Below are positions 14,509-23,641 of a stretch of 36,031 nt of DNA, piece by piece (within the stretch, counting starts at the first letter, position 1; each line of letters begins with the position of its first letter). A program made the position numbers and the translations under genes. The stretch lies in IMG/VR virus record IMGVR_UViG_3300029893_000039, positions 1 through 36,031 of that record. One strand, given 5' to 3'. Under the pieces are notes generated by a model. It was not told the origin of the DNA, ran no database searches, and was given only the letters and a program-made list of their open reading frames with translations. Source of the DNA: a virus.

Positions 14509-15188
14509 TGGCGATCATCAATCCACTTGCATATACGATTGCGAATGGCGACCCGGTTGATGCGACGCCGGTTCAGGCTAATTTGAGCCAGATCGTCCAA
14601 GATGTGAATGCAAACGCCGCGCCGGTTGCTGGAAGCGCGTCGCAACAATTCCTTGTCGCGTCCACGACGAACCCCGCTGGTGCTGTTCCGCTTGCGCAAG
14701 CGCAATCCCAGTTCGCTGCCATTAATGGTTCGGCTAGCCAGGGTTTTGCAGCAGCCAGTGTGACGAGCAGCGGCCCCGTGACTGGTGCACAGGCAACGAG
14801 CCCTGCACAGATGACGACCTTGGCGCAAACCATTGGCGCGGGAGCGACTGCCTACGCAAACGTAACGGCGTCCCGCGCTTTGGATACCGCGTACACGAAC
14901 AATACGAGTCGTCCTCTTGTTGTGTGTGTGGAGGTTAATACCGCTAACACCAATAAAACCGGTGTTGCAGCTACCATTCTTGTAGGATTATCCAACGGCA
15001 GCGCAGTTTCCGGTGCGTATGCGTCGGCGTCAGTTGCGGGAAACATCTACCCTGCTGATGGTGGCGGGTACTATAGCTACTCAGGATCGGTTACATTCAT
15101 TGTTCCCCCCGGTGGTCTTTATATGGCTCATGTGATTCCGGTCATAATGAACAATACCTCTACTTCTTTTTATTGGTTCGAATACTGA
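14508..15188 (+). CDS. Tail fibre protein 1 (226 aa)
   Basis: The N-terminus MAIINPLAYTIANGDPVDATPVQANLSQIVQDVNANAA is paralogous to that of the next fibre. The C-terminal domain YANVTASRALDTAYTNNTSRPLVVCVEV...FIVPPGGLY...WFEY is typical of phage fibre tips. Confidence 0.75.
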   Translation: MAIINPLAYTIANGDPVDATPVQANLSQIVQDVNANAAPVAGSASQQFLVASTTNPAGAVPLAQAQSQFAAINGSASQGFAAASVTSSGPVTGAQATSPAQMTTLAQTIGAGATAYANVTASRALDTAYTNNTSRPLVVCVEVNTANTNKTGVAATILVGLSNGSAVSGAYASASVAGNIYPADGGGYYSYSGSVTFIVPPGGLYMAHVIPVIMNNTSTSFYWFEY

Positions 15189-15210
15189 TTTTCCAACAGG
15201 AGATTTACCC

Positions 15211-15267
15211 ATGAACAAAACCCTTCAAATTTCTCTCCGCGTAAACGGCGTCAACCTCGTGTGCTAA
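15211..15267 (+). CDS. 18-aa micro-ORF between the fibre genes, speculative
   Basis: AGGAGA lies 8 nt upstream of the ATG. It reads MNKTLQISLRVNGVNLVC*. It may be a gene remnant. Confidence 0.2.
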   Translation: MNKTLQISLRVNGVNLVC

Positions 15268-15295
15268 TACCTAGACACGACTGGAGTACTAAATC

Positions 15296-16096
15296 ATGGC
15301 GATCATCTCACCCCTGACATACACGATTGCCAATGGGCAGGCGGTCGATGCCACGCCGCTGATGGCGGACTTGAACCAGATCGTCAGCAACGTGAACGCG
15401 AACGCCGCAGCCCTGAACGGTAGTACGACGCAGGTATTCGATGTCGCTAGTGCAACGACGAGTACGGAAGCGGTGAACCTGGGTCAGCTTTTCATCGGCA
15501 ACCGCAAAGCTGTTTTCACGGCGAACGGCACTTCCACCGTCCCCGCAGGCGTCACCCAAATATGGGTCAGCGGTTGTGCCGGAGGAGGTGGTGGTGGTGG
15601 TGGTGCTTCTGCTGCCAGTGGAGGAAATGGTGGAGGTGCGGGACAGTCGACACTCAAACAATCTATCAGCGTTTCCCCTGGCGACTCATTAAGTGTGACG
15701 ATAGGAGCCGGTGGAGCAAACGGAGGAACAGGGAATGCAGCAGGCGCGGCAGGAGGTAATACCGTTCTGACCAATACGACGGCATCTACCACGCTGTTGA
15801 CGTTGGCGGGTGGCAGTGGTGGTAACGCTGGAGGAGGTGGTAGTAGCACCAGCAGTTACGCCAATAGCTATGGAGGTTCGGGTTATCCCGCAGGTGGTAA
15901 TGGTTCAATAACCAATGATTTTAGTTATGGCGGTTCCGGTGGGTCTTCCCTTTTTGGAGGGGGTGGAGCGGCTAGTCAGGGTCTTGGATTCGGGGCAGGT
16001 CAAAACGGAGCGGGTTTCGGAGCGGGAGGTGGTGGTGGTAGTGGTGGTCAAGCTGGTGGTAACGGTAGTGCTGGTATCTTAATTGTGGAGTGGTGA
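15296..16096 (+). CDS. Tail fibre protein 2 with a glycine-rich C-terminal domain (266 aa)
   Basis: The N-terminus is MAIISPLTYTIANGQAVDATPLMADLNQIVSNVNANAA. It contains GCAGGGGGGGGASAASGGNGGGAGQ and ends GGNGSAGILIVEW. Confidence 0.75.
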   Translation: MAIISPLTYTIANGQAVDATPLMADLNQIVSNVNANAAALNGSTTQVFDVASATTSTEAVNLGQLFIGNRKAVFTANGTSTVPAGVTQIWVSGCAGGGGGGGGASAASGGNGGGAGQSTLKQSISVSPGDSLSVTIGAGGANGGTGNAAGAAGGNTVLTNTTASTTLLTLAGGSGGNAGGGGSSTSSYANSYGGSGYPAGGNGSITNDFSYGGSGGSSLFGGGGAASQGLGFGAGQNGAGFGAGGGGGSGGQAGGNGSAGILIVEW

Positions 16097-16100
16097 TAAA

Positions 16101-16679
16101 ATGACACAGCAAGTTCTTTACAGCACGGCCACGGCTCAAGTTCTGCAATGGCAGGACACGGAACAATTCAGCTACGGGGCACCTCCGGCCGGAACGGCTA
16201 CCGTGCCCGTCACTCCTGCGGAGTGGGCCGATCAAGCGGGCACATGGTACGTGGTCAGCGGTGCATTGACGCAGACCAACCCGAATGCGCCGACCGCAGC
16301 GCAACTGCTCGCGCAGGCACAAGCCGCACAGATTTCCATCATCACCCAGGCCTGCGCCGCAGCCATTACGAGCGGTTTCACAAGCTCCGCGCTCGGTAGC
16401 GCGCACACCTACCCATCGGGGCTGACCGATCAGGTCAATCTCGCCGCCAACGTGGTGAGCAGCCTGCTTCCCGGCCTCCCATCGACGTGGACGACGCCGC
16501 AGCTCTGCCAGGACGCCAGCGGCGTCTGGGCCTACGTCGCACACACCGCAGCGCAGGTCCAGCAAGTGGGCAGCGATGGCAAAGCCGCGATTCTCGGCTA
16601 CCTGACCAAGAAGGCCAACCTGCAAGCCGAGATCGAGGCCGCGACCACCATTGCCGCCGTGCAGGCCATCGTCTGGTAA
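16101..16679 (+). CDS. Tail-fibre-associated / assembly protein (DUF4376-like), 192 aa
   Basis: Track ORF trimmed to ATG 16101 (RBS GGAG). It contains ...SSALGSAHTYPSGLTDQVNL.... It sits directly after the fibre genes. Confidence 0.45.
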   Translation: MTQQVLYSTATAQVLQWQDTEQFSYGAPPAGTATVPVTPAEWADQAGTWYVVSGALTQTNPNAPTAAQLLAQAQAAQISIITQACAAAITSGFTSSALGSAHTYPSGLTDQVNLAANVVSSLLPGLPSTWTTPQLCQDASGVWAYVAHTAAQVQQVGSDGKAAILGYLTKKANLQAEIEAATTIAAVQAIVW

Positions 16680-16701
16680 GCGATGCGCGACAGCTACTGA
16701 C

Positions 16702-17076
16702 ATGAAACACTACCCCCTCATCCTGATTTCTCTCGTGTATCTCGGCCTGCTGTACGGCACATGGTTCGCATTCCTCGCCATCATGGCACTGAAGTCGGCC
16801 CGCGACAACGGCAAGCTGACGAAAACGGCCAGCATCCTTGCCATCCCCATCCTGATCTTCGGATGGCTGCTGGATTTCAGCCTCAACATAGTCTCCAGCC
16901 TGCCATTTCTCGATCTGCCGCAAGAGTGGCTGCTAACCATCCGGTGTGACCGGTATCTTTCCATTGCGAACCCTAGCGGATTGAACAGGTATCGTCAGCG
17001 CGTCGCTCGGGCGCTGTGCCAAAATCTGCTTGATCCTTTCCAGTCGGGCGGTCACTGTCGGGGGATCAACCCATGA
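16702..17076 (+). CDS. Membrane protein (124 aa), function unknown
   Basis: Track ORF trimmed to ATG 16702. Hydrophobic segments are LILISLVYLGLLYGTWFAFLAIMAL and ILAIPILIFGWLLDF. Confidence 0.55.
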   Translation: MKHYPLILISLVYLGLLYGTWFAFLAIMALKSARDNGKLTKTASILAIPILIFGWLLDFSLNIVSSLPFLDLPQEWLLTIRCDRYLSIANPSGLNRYRQRVARALCQNLLDPFQSGGHCRGINP

Positions 17077-17255
17077 GCAAAGGAAGCGGTATCAAACTCA
17101 ACCCTGCCAATAAAGGCAAGCTGCACAAGACCTTGCACGTCCCTAAGGGCGAGAAGATTCCTGTTGCCAAACTTGAGAAGGCAAAGGCTTCTCCGAACCC
17201 AGTGACGCGCAAGCGGGCTAATTTTGCACTCAATGCGAAAAAATGGGCAAAGTGA
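17073..17255 (+). CDS. Small basic protein (60 aa)
   Basis: Track ORF with an ATGA overlap. It is Lys-rich (KGKLHKTLHVPKGEKIPVAKLEKAK...). Confidence 0.55.
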   Translation: MSKGSGIKLNPANKGKLHKTLHVPKGEKIPVAKLEKAKASPNPVTRKRANFALNAKKWAK

Positions 17256-17353
17256 TGCACGACGCGCTGGACGTTGTTTTACTGGCAGTGATTTTCGTTA
17301 CGGCGGAGATCATTTTACGACGCTATTGGAAGCGCTGGCATGAATCACGATAA
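17255..17353 (+). CDS. 32-aa single-TM micro-protein, speculative
   Basis: It reads MHDALDVVLLAVIFVTAEIILRRYWKRWHESR*. The start overlaps the upstream stop (TGATG). Confidence 0.3.
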   Translation: MHDALDVVLLAVIFVTAEIILRRYWKRWHESR

Positions 17354-17636
17354 GATCGACGTTTCTTTTTTCACTTGGTCCATTATTTTGGGGTTTCTTA
17401 TTGGGTTGGGCCAAGTCTTGGATTCGTCGGAACAACTGTCCTGGCGCATCATCATTGGACGTGCCATTGTGTCGGCAGGTTTGGCGTCCATGGCTCCCGC
17501 GTTGCTCGTCTGGTTTCCAGAAATGCCGCGCATGGCCGAGTTCGCACTTGCCGCCGTGATGGCAAGTCTTGGAACTTCTGCACTACAGGCTATCATTCGG
17601 CGTATCATTACGGGGCTCCCATCCAAGGATTCATGA
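17340..17636 (+). CDS. Holin candidate (98 aa, multi-TM)
   Basis: It has several hydrophobic helices and lies immediately upstream of the endolysin, coupled to it by an ATGA overlap. Confidence 0.6.
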   Translation: MNHDKIDVSFFTWSIILGFLIGLGQVLDSSEQLSWRIIIGRAIVSAGLASMAPALLVWFPEMPRMAEFALAAVMASLGTSALQAIIRRIITGLPSKDS

Positions 17637-18121
17637 TGACAGCGTTCGATGACGCATTTACCGCCCTTATGGGTAACGAAGGGGGTTATAGCAACAACCC
17701 CGCAGACCCCGGCGGCGAGACCATGTGGGGCATCACCAAGCGCGTGGCTGTTGCCAACGGGTATACCGGCACGATGCAAGACTTGCCGCAAGATACGGCG
17801 AAAGCGATTGCAAAATCCGAGTATTGGGATCGTTACTCGTGCGACAAGTTCGACCCGCGCGTGGCGTTTCAAGTTTTTGACGCCGCCTACAACGGCGGTC
17901 ATCCTGCGCAGTGGCTCCAGCAAGCGAGTGGTGCGACAGTGGATGGCATCATCGGGCCGGAAACCATCGCAGCGGTCAACCTGACGCCTCCGCGCGTCCT
18001 TATCATGCGTTTCGTGTCCTACCGGCTCACCTACTTGACGAGTTTGGACACTTGGCCTACTTTCGGCAAAGGATGGGCACGGCGCATTGCCAATAACCTA
18101 ATCAAAGGGGCGACGATATGA
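17633..18121 (+). CDS. Endolysin, GH108 lysozyme plus peptidoglycan-binding domain (162 aa)
   Basis: It contains the GH108 signature LMGNEGGYSNNPADPGGETMWGIT and a C-terminal PG_binding_3-like segment. Track ORF 17375.. trimmed to ATG 17633. Confidence 0.8.
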   Translation: MMTAFDDAFTALMGNEGGYSNNPADPGGETMWGITKRVAVANGYTGTMQDLPQDTAKAIAKSEYWDRYSCDKFDPRVAFQVFDAAYNGGHPAQWLQQASGATVDGIIGPETIAAVNLTPPRVLIMRFVSYRLTYLTSLDTWPTFGKGWARRIANNLIKGATI

Positions 18122-18630
18122 GCTTGACTTGGGCGGATGTTGGGAAAGCTGTCGGCGGGATCGCACCCATTCTCGGTACTGCGCTGGGTGGCCCGGCTGG
18201 CGCTGTCGTCGGCAGTATGATCGCCTCCGCACTTGGGACGAGCGCGACGCCTGATGCGGTCAACACGGCGATGGCAGCAGACCCGACGAATGCGGCGAAA
18301 ATCCTCCAGGTGCAGAACGAGCACGAGGAAAACCTCCGCAAGATGAACTTGGACTATGAGTCCACGTTGGTGCAGGCACAGGCCGGGAATATCCAGGCCG
18401 AAGCCAAGTCGGACTCATGGATGGCTGCAAACTGGCGCCCTATCCTGATGCTGACGTTCACGTTTATCGTGGCGATGAACTACGCCATCCTGCCGATTGT
18501 GTCGTGGTTCGGTGTCCACCAAGCGCCGCTTGTTCTACCGCCCGATATGTGGGACTTGCTCAAGATCGGCGTGGGTGGCTATATCGTCGGTCGCAGTGGC
18601 GAGAAAATCACTCGGAGCCTCAAGTCGTGA
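18118..18630 (+). CDS. 3TM holin-like (GTA-type) / lysis accessory membrane protein (170 aa)
   Basis: It has an N-terminal Gly-zipper (GGIAPILGTALGGPAGAVVGSMIASALG), a coiled-coil middle and C-terminal TM segments. It overlaps the endolysin stop as ATGA. Confidence 0.5.
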   Translation: MSLTWADVGKAVGGIAPILGTALGGPAGAVVGSMIASALGTSATPDAVNTAMAADPTNAAKILQVQNEHEENLRKMNLDYESTLVQAQAGNIQAEAKSDSWMAANWRPILMLTFTFIVAMNYAILPIVSWFGVHQAPLVLPPDMWDLLKIGVGGYIVGRSGEKITRSLKS

Positions 18631-19214
18631 ACTATGCGCTGACTCTAACATCCTCCGGGTGGGCTATCGAGCCGCCAAAAGCTCCACTCGATATTGCAAA
18701 CGCACGGCTCCCACAATGGGCTGTGCGTTTTGTTCCAGGGGATACGCACGGTGACGCCAGAACTCGGCACCATCATCACGCTGTAGAGCAGATCGCTAAG
18801 TTAGAGGGCGACAGAGCAGCACTCTACACGCTACAGCAGAATATCTTTGCGTTGCCTGATGTGGATATGCCGCTCCAGCATGTTTTCGCCCCTGGCCTCT
18901 ATGTGCGCACCATTTACATTCCTGCGCGCGGTGTGATTGTCGGCAAGATTCACAAGCATCGTCACGCCAATGTGTTGAGCCAAGGTAAGGTGGTCATCTT
19001 TACAGAGTTTGGTGGTGTTGAGCGATGGGAAGGCCCGCTTACGATGGTTTCCGAGCCCGGGACAAAGCGCGCTGTCTATGCTGAAACGGACGTATATTGG
19101 ACTACAATCCACCAGAACCCTACGGATACCCAAGATTTGGCCGAATTGGAACGTATGATTATTGCGGAGTCCTACGAGGACTACGAACGTTGGAAACGCG
19201 AATGCGAGGTGTGA
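18627..19214 (+). CDS. Cupin-fold protein with an HxHxH motif (195 aa, GTG start)
   Basis: Its GTG overlaps the upstream TGA (GTGA), with GGAG 9 nt upstream. It contains GKIHKHRHANVLSQGKVVIF...GPLTMVSEPGTKRAVYAETD. Confidence 0.5.
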   Translation: MNYALTLTSSGWAIEPPKAPLDIANARLPQWAVRFVPGDTHGDARTRHHHHAVEQIAKLEGDRAALYTLQQNIFALPDVDMPLQHVFAPGLYVRTIYIPARGVIVGKIHKHRHANVLSQGKVVIFTEFGGVERWEGPLTMVSEPGTKRAVYAETDVYWTTIHQNPTDTQDLAELERMIIAESYEDYERWKRECEV

Positions 19215-19215
19215 T

Positions 19216-20247
19216 ATGACTTGGGGCGCAGTTGGTGCAGCAGCGGTCGGCCTCTTAGGGAATGCCATACTAGGCGGCGGAGGCGGAGGCGGAGGCGGAG
19301 GCAGTTCCGGCGGTGGCTATCAAGGTAGCTCCTATCTGCCGCCGAACCTCACCACGGCAGCCAGCAACGAAATGGCGTTGATTCCGCAGCTCGGAAGCTA
19401 CAACTATTACATACAGAACGCCGGTACAGCACAAGGTCTTGCAAACCAAGCGGCATATAGCCCGTACTACGGCCAGGCGCTATCTGGCGCGCAGCAGGCT
19501 GCCACTGCGGGCGTTGGTCAAGGCTATCAATCCCTTGGTGCGGCAAACCAGTTATACGGACAGATGGGGCAGATTCCGGGGCTGGAAAACCAACTCACGC
19601 AGTCCGCGTTCGACCCGCAGAACCAACTTTATAGCTACCTGCAAGCACAGAACGCCAACCAGACCAACGCCGATCTGGCTTCGCGCGGGCTTGGCATGAG
19701 CGGAGCAGGGGCGGCTATTGCTGCACAGCAGAACCAGCTATTCAACCAGAATTGGCAGAACAATCTGCTTCAACGACAACTGCAAGGTGTGCGAGGCGTG
19801 AGCGCGCTCAACCAGTCCGCAGGCCAACTCGGCTCAGTAGGGTCGTCGCTCGGCACACAGGGCACGAACCTCATAAACCAGTCCAGCGCGATGCCATACC
19901 AAACTCAGCTCAATGCGTTGCAGAGCCAGTTAGGTCTTTATGGGACGGCGGGGCAGTTCGGGCAGCAGGCCATGCTCCCTTACCAGCAACAGATTTCAGA
20001 CTACAACGCCTATCAAGGGCTTGGCTCACCAAGTGCTCAGTTGGGACAGCAGAACCAACTTAACCAAGCCTCACAGGGCTACGGACAAGCAATAGGCCAA
20101 TTAGCCGCGCCAATCGGAAACGCCATTGGCGGTGCTATATCCAACTGGGCCTCGGGGTTTGGTACCTCACCCAATAGCGGGGACTACCTAGGCCAAAGTA
20201 GCGGCTATAACCCTAATTTTAATATCTTGCCGAGTGGGAGCTACTGA
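19216..20247 (+). CDS. Internal virion / ejection protein A (343 aa), Q/N/G-rich
   Basis: Track ORF trimmed to ATG 19216 (RBS GAGGTG). It has an N-terminal TM-like segment, a Gly9 tract and Q/N-rich low-complexity sequence. Confidence 0.55.
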   Translation: MTWGAVGAAAVGLLGNAILGGGGGGGGGGSSGGGYQGSSYLPPNLTTAASNEMALIPQLGSYNYYIQNAGTAQGLANQAAYSPYYGQALSGAQQAATAGVGQGYQSLGAANQLYGQMGQIPGLENQLTQSAFDPQNQLYSYLQAQNANQTNADLASRGLGMSGAGAAIAAQQNQLFNQNWQNNLLQRQLQGVRGVSALNQSAGQLGSVGSSLGTQGTNLINQSSAMPYQTQLNALQSQLGLYGTAGQFGQQAMLPYQQQISDYNAYQGLGSPSAQLGQQNQLNQASQGYGQAIGQLAAPIGNAIGGAISNWASGFGTSPNSGDYLGQSSGYNPNFNILPSGSY

Positions 20248-21989
20248 TGAACATCGGCGAATACATGCGGCTTGGTAATGTCCTGCGCGGCGCTTACACC
20301 GCGCAACAACAGAACATTGTCAACCAGCAGATCCAGCAGCGAATCAATGACGCTATAGCGACGGATGCGCTTAACCGGCGAATCGCAAACCAGAAGTACC
20401 AGGACTATCTCACTGGCCTGCAGGGCGCTGGGGCATATTGGCGCGAACTCGGGCAACAGCCTATAGCTACGCCGGTTGGAAGCTCGCCTCAAGCTCCTGC
20501 ACCAGCACCGGGACAGAATAGCGCGCAGCAACCTGCACCTCAAGGCTCGGCGGTGCCATCCCCCGTGCCAATTCCGGGAGCAACACTGATGCAAACGCCA
20601 TTGCCGCCCGCGGCGCAGGCACAATCGCAGCCATTGCAGCAATTCATGCCCGCGCCTCCGGGGCAGCAAAACCCGTACCAAATCCCGCCCGCTACACAGC
20701 AGATACGCGATAGAGAGGCGGTTTCGATCATGCAGCGTGAACTGCAAAGCCAACAGGCTGCGCTGCAACAGGCGACGACGCCGCAGCAGCAAGCGAACAT
20801 CCAAGGGAATATCGCCGCGCTCCAACGCGAGATTGTTCGTATGAGCGCGAGTGCTGGGCCTGCCTTGGGCGCGTCTGCGCAGCAAGTGCCTTCGTCCGCC
20901 CCCGGCGCTCCGCAAGGGGGTTTAGATAGCTCACTCTCCGGGATGCAGGGCACTTACGGGCGCGTGCTCGCGCTGGCGCAGAGTAATCAGGTCATCAACC
21001 TCGCGGGGAAAGCCGCAGCGGAGCTTATCAAGGCGCACCCTGACTGGACAGACCGGCAGTTGTCCCTGGCGATGGACAACATCTACCCGGCGCTGTCTGA
21101 GCAGTCCAAGAACATGCTCCAACTCGCCGGGCTGAGCAACACGGAGATGTTTAAGACAGTTAGCGCCTTATTGCGCCAACAGGCATTAGGTGCGCGCTAT
21201 CCGGGTATGGGCGGCCAGACCCCCTATTCCCCGCAAGCAGTTGACGCGGCGGCGCAAGCGTGGAAAAACGGTGTGAAGCCCCCTGTAGCGATGATCCCGT
21301 GGGTACTCCAAGCCCACCCTGAACTGGGCGGTCAGGTTGCGCAAGGGCAAGTTAACTTGACGAGCCAAAAGGCCGCTGCTGGAGCGTCCGCTACCGCGCC
21401 TATCAAGGTACAACAGGCGGCGGACACCGCAGTTGCTACTGCTGTGCCGAGAGCGACAGGTTCCGCGCTTGCACAGGTGCAGAAGAACTTGTCCGCCATC
21501 GAGCCAGCATATCAAGCCATGGACGCGAACTTCGAGGGGCTTATCCAAGCTGCCCAAAAATACGGCCTCGGCCCGGCCACGCCCGTCAATTCGCTTCTTA
21601 ACCGTATGCGCAAGATGGGCGACCCGAGCTACACGACATACGAAGTGTTCCTTAAGGGCGTCCAGAAAGAGTTTGGCAAAGTGCTGCAAGGCGCGACAGG
21701 CGCGCGCGGTGTAAGTGTCTCAGCGATGAAGGATGCTGAGGGCACGCTGTCACCTAATATGACGCTGGGTCAGTTGGAAGCCGCTGCCACCGCGCTCAAA
21801 ACCGAAGGCGGCAACGTGCTCCAAAGCCTGCGCGACCAGAAGCAGCACCTTACGCAGCAGTTGGGCGGAAACACGAATAGCGCTTCGGGGCAGCTGCCTG
21901 AGATTATTTCCCAAGCGCAGTATGATGCGCTCCCCAAAGGGGCGCAATATATGCACGACGGAAAGGTCTACACTAAAGGGGGTGCGTGA
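20247..21989 (+). CDS. Internal virion / ejection protein B (580 aa), Q/P/A-rich
   Basis: Track ORF with a TGATG junction. Assigned from composition and position. Confidence 0.55.
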   Translation: MNIGEYMRLGNVLRGAYTAQQQNIVNQQIQQRINDAIATDALNRRIANQKYQDYLTGLQGAGAYWRELGQQPIATPVGSSPQAPAPAPGQNSAQQPAPQGSAVPSPVPIPGATLMQTPLPPAAQAQSQPLQQFMPAPPGQQNPYQIPPATQQIRDREAVSIMQRELQSQQAALQQATTPQQQANIQGNIAALQREIVRMSASAGPALGASAQQVPSSAPGAPQGGLDSSLSGMQGTYGRVLALAQSNQVINLAGKAAAELIKAHPDWTDRQLSLAMDNIYPALSEQSKNMLQLAGLSNTEMFKTVSALLRQQALGARYPGMGGQTPYSPQAVDAAAQAWKNGVKPPVAMIPWVLQAHPELGGQVAQGQVNLTSQKAAAGASATAPIKVQQAADTAVATAVPRATGSALAQVQKNLSAIEPAYQAMDANFEGLIQAAQKYGLGPATPVNSLLNRMRKMGDPSYTTYEVFLKGVQKEFGKVLQGATGARGVSVSAMKDAEGTLSPNMTLGQLEAAATALKTEGGNVLQSLRDQKQHLTQQLGGNTNSASGQLPEIISQAQYDALPKGAQYMHDGKVYTKGGA

Positions 21990-23641
21990 TGGCGTGGACT
22001 CCGCCTGCTTCTGATGCTACTCCCGCATGGACTCCGCCAGCAACGGATGCACCGGCAACCCAAAAAGCTTCCGCGCCTACTGTAGCTGCACCCAAAGGGG
22101 CCGGATGGTCGTGGATGGATAAGCTGCGCAACGCAGCTAGTGCGACGGGACAAAGCATCGAGGACTTGGCAAAATCCGCAGCGGTGCCTTACCTCAACGC
22201 GGCAGGGTTGCTGAGCCATGTGCCTATTCGCGCGATCAGCGACATCGGGCAACAGGCACAGGCAGATGCGAGTGCCTTGCAGAAGAATGTCAGCCCGATT
22301 TCGCAGATCGTCGGTGGTCTTATTGGCGGAGCACCTTTAGCGGTGGCGACGGGCGCTGCGGCTGCGCCGTTAGCGGCTGGGCCGATTAGTGCCGCAGCAG
22401 CAGGAATTGGAACTGGTGCAGCGCTGGGCGCAGCAACGTCTAATGAGGGATCACGGGGCGCGGGTGCGATGCTCGGCGCTGCTGGCGGAGCAATACCTGG
22501 GCTACTAGGCGGCGCGAAGTATGGTATTGGAAAGCTATTCGCTCCGGGCATCAAGGACGCACAAGACGTTGCTGCTGTCCAAGCTGCGCAAGCACACGGC
22601 CTCATCGTTCCGCCCAGCGAGTTGACGGGAACCCCGCAAGTTGGCCGCGAGATGTCGGGCAGCTTCGGGCCATTTGCCCAAAAAGTACCCGAGCAAAACA
22701 TTCACACTTTCGGGCGTCAAGTGTTCAATACGTTGGGGCTTAAGGGCGAGACGAATGTCAACGCACAAAGCGTACAACGGGCCATATCCAAAATTGGCAA
22801 CGATTTGCAGACACAGATCGGCCCTGCGAGGCTCACGATTGACCCGAAAGTCGCCGCAGCCGTAGATAGTGCCATCACGCAGAACAAGCCCATGCTCGCT
22901 GATATGGCCGTTGATCCAGAAAGCAAAGGGGTAGCCTCCGCGCTGTACCGGGCGCAGGGCGGCGACACAATCAGCGGGAAGGACTACTTCAAGGTTTCCC
23001 AATGGCTGCGCAATAAAGCTGCGACAACAAATGATGGGGCAACCAGAGATGCGTTGTCCAGTCTAGAAAAAGCGTGGCAAAACGGAGCGTCAGGAGATAC
23101 TGCGCGTGTAGGCCGCGCATTGCGCGTCTACCGCACGCGCATGTCGCAGGCGCTCGACTTGCAAAGCATGATGACCGACCCAGGGGTCGCAGCTGGCACT
23201 AAGCCTGTCAACCCGGCCAAGCTGTATACGACAATGGCGAAGGGTAAGCCATCCGTCCTCTCGGGGCAAAGCCCTTACAAGATTGCTCCGCTCGCGCAGT
23301 CCGCAGCGGTCACACAAGCGTTCGGGACGGGCACTAAAATCCCAGGGTGGGCTGAGCGCGCGGCCAGCCTAGAAGGGCTTTCCGCGCTCGGAGACGGAAA
23401 ATTGAGCCTCCCCTATACGGGAAAGCTCAATTTAGCGCAGAAAGCCCTGTTCGGTTCAGCGGGGGTGCTTACGCGCTCTGCGCTCAAGGAACTCGCCACG
23501 CCTGAGGGGCAGAAAATGCTCTTGGGCGGCTATAAACTCACACCACAGCAGTTGCAAAGCATCCTGCGCTATAGCTCCCTCGCTGGCACGACAGGTTCTA
23601 CAGCGGCAAACACCTCAACCCCCTCACAGACGTTGCCCTGA
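21989..23641 (+). CDS. Internal virion / ejection protein C (about 550 aa)
   Basis: ATG 21989 with AAGGGGG 6 nt upstream. GTG 21986 is an alternative start. It has a Gly/Ala-rich hydrophobic N-terminal third. Confidence 0.55.
   Translation: MAWTPPASDATPAWTPPATDAPATQKASAPTVAAPKGAGWSWMDKLRNAASATGQSIEDLAKSAAVPYLNAAGLLSHVPIRAISDIGQQAQADASALQKNVSPISQIVGGLIGGAPLAVATGAAAAPLAAGPISAAAAGIGTGAALGAATSNEGSRGAGAMLGAAGGAIPGLLGGAKYGIGKLFAPGIKDAQDVAAVQAAQAHGLIVPPSELTGTPQVGREMSGSFGPFAQKVPEQNIHTFGRQVFNTLGLKGETNVNAQSVQRAISKIGNDLQTQIGPARLTIDPKVAAAVDSAITQNKPMLADMAVDPESKGVASALYRAQGGDTISGKDYFKVSQWLRNKAATTNDGATRDALSSLEKAWQNGASGDTARVGRALRVYRTRMSQALDLQSMMTDPGVAAGTKPVNPAKLYTTMAKGKPSVLSGQSPYKIAPLAQSAAVTQAFGTGTKIPGWAERAASLEGLSALGDGKLSLPYTGKLNLAQKALFGSAGVLTRSALKELATPEGQKMLLGGYKLTPQQLQSILRYSSLAGTTGSTAANTSTPSQTLP

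Noticed and set aside
14508-15430. The paralogous fibre 5' ends as a template/variable repeat pair of a diversity-generating retroelement.
   Set aside because: No reverse transcriptase is recognisable in the genome. The differences are not adenine-specific, and the similar segments are the N-terminal anchor regions rather than C-terminal receptor-binding tips.
19279-19302. Short GGCGGA / GGTGGT tandem tracts (19279-19302 and 15586-15603) as regulatory or slippage repeats.
   Set aside because: They are in-frame poly-Gly linkers inside an ejection protein and the glycine-rich fibre. No independent signal goes beyond low-complexity coding sequence.
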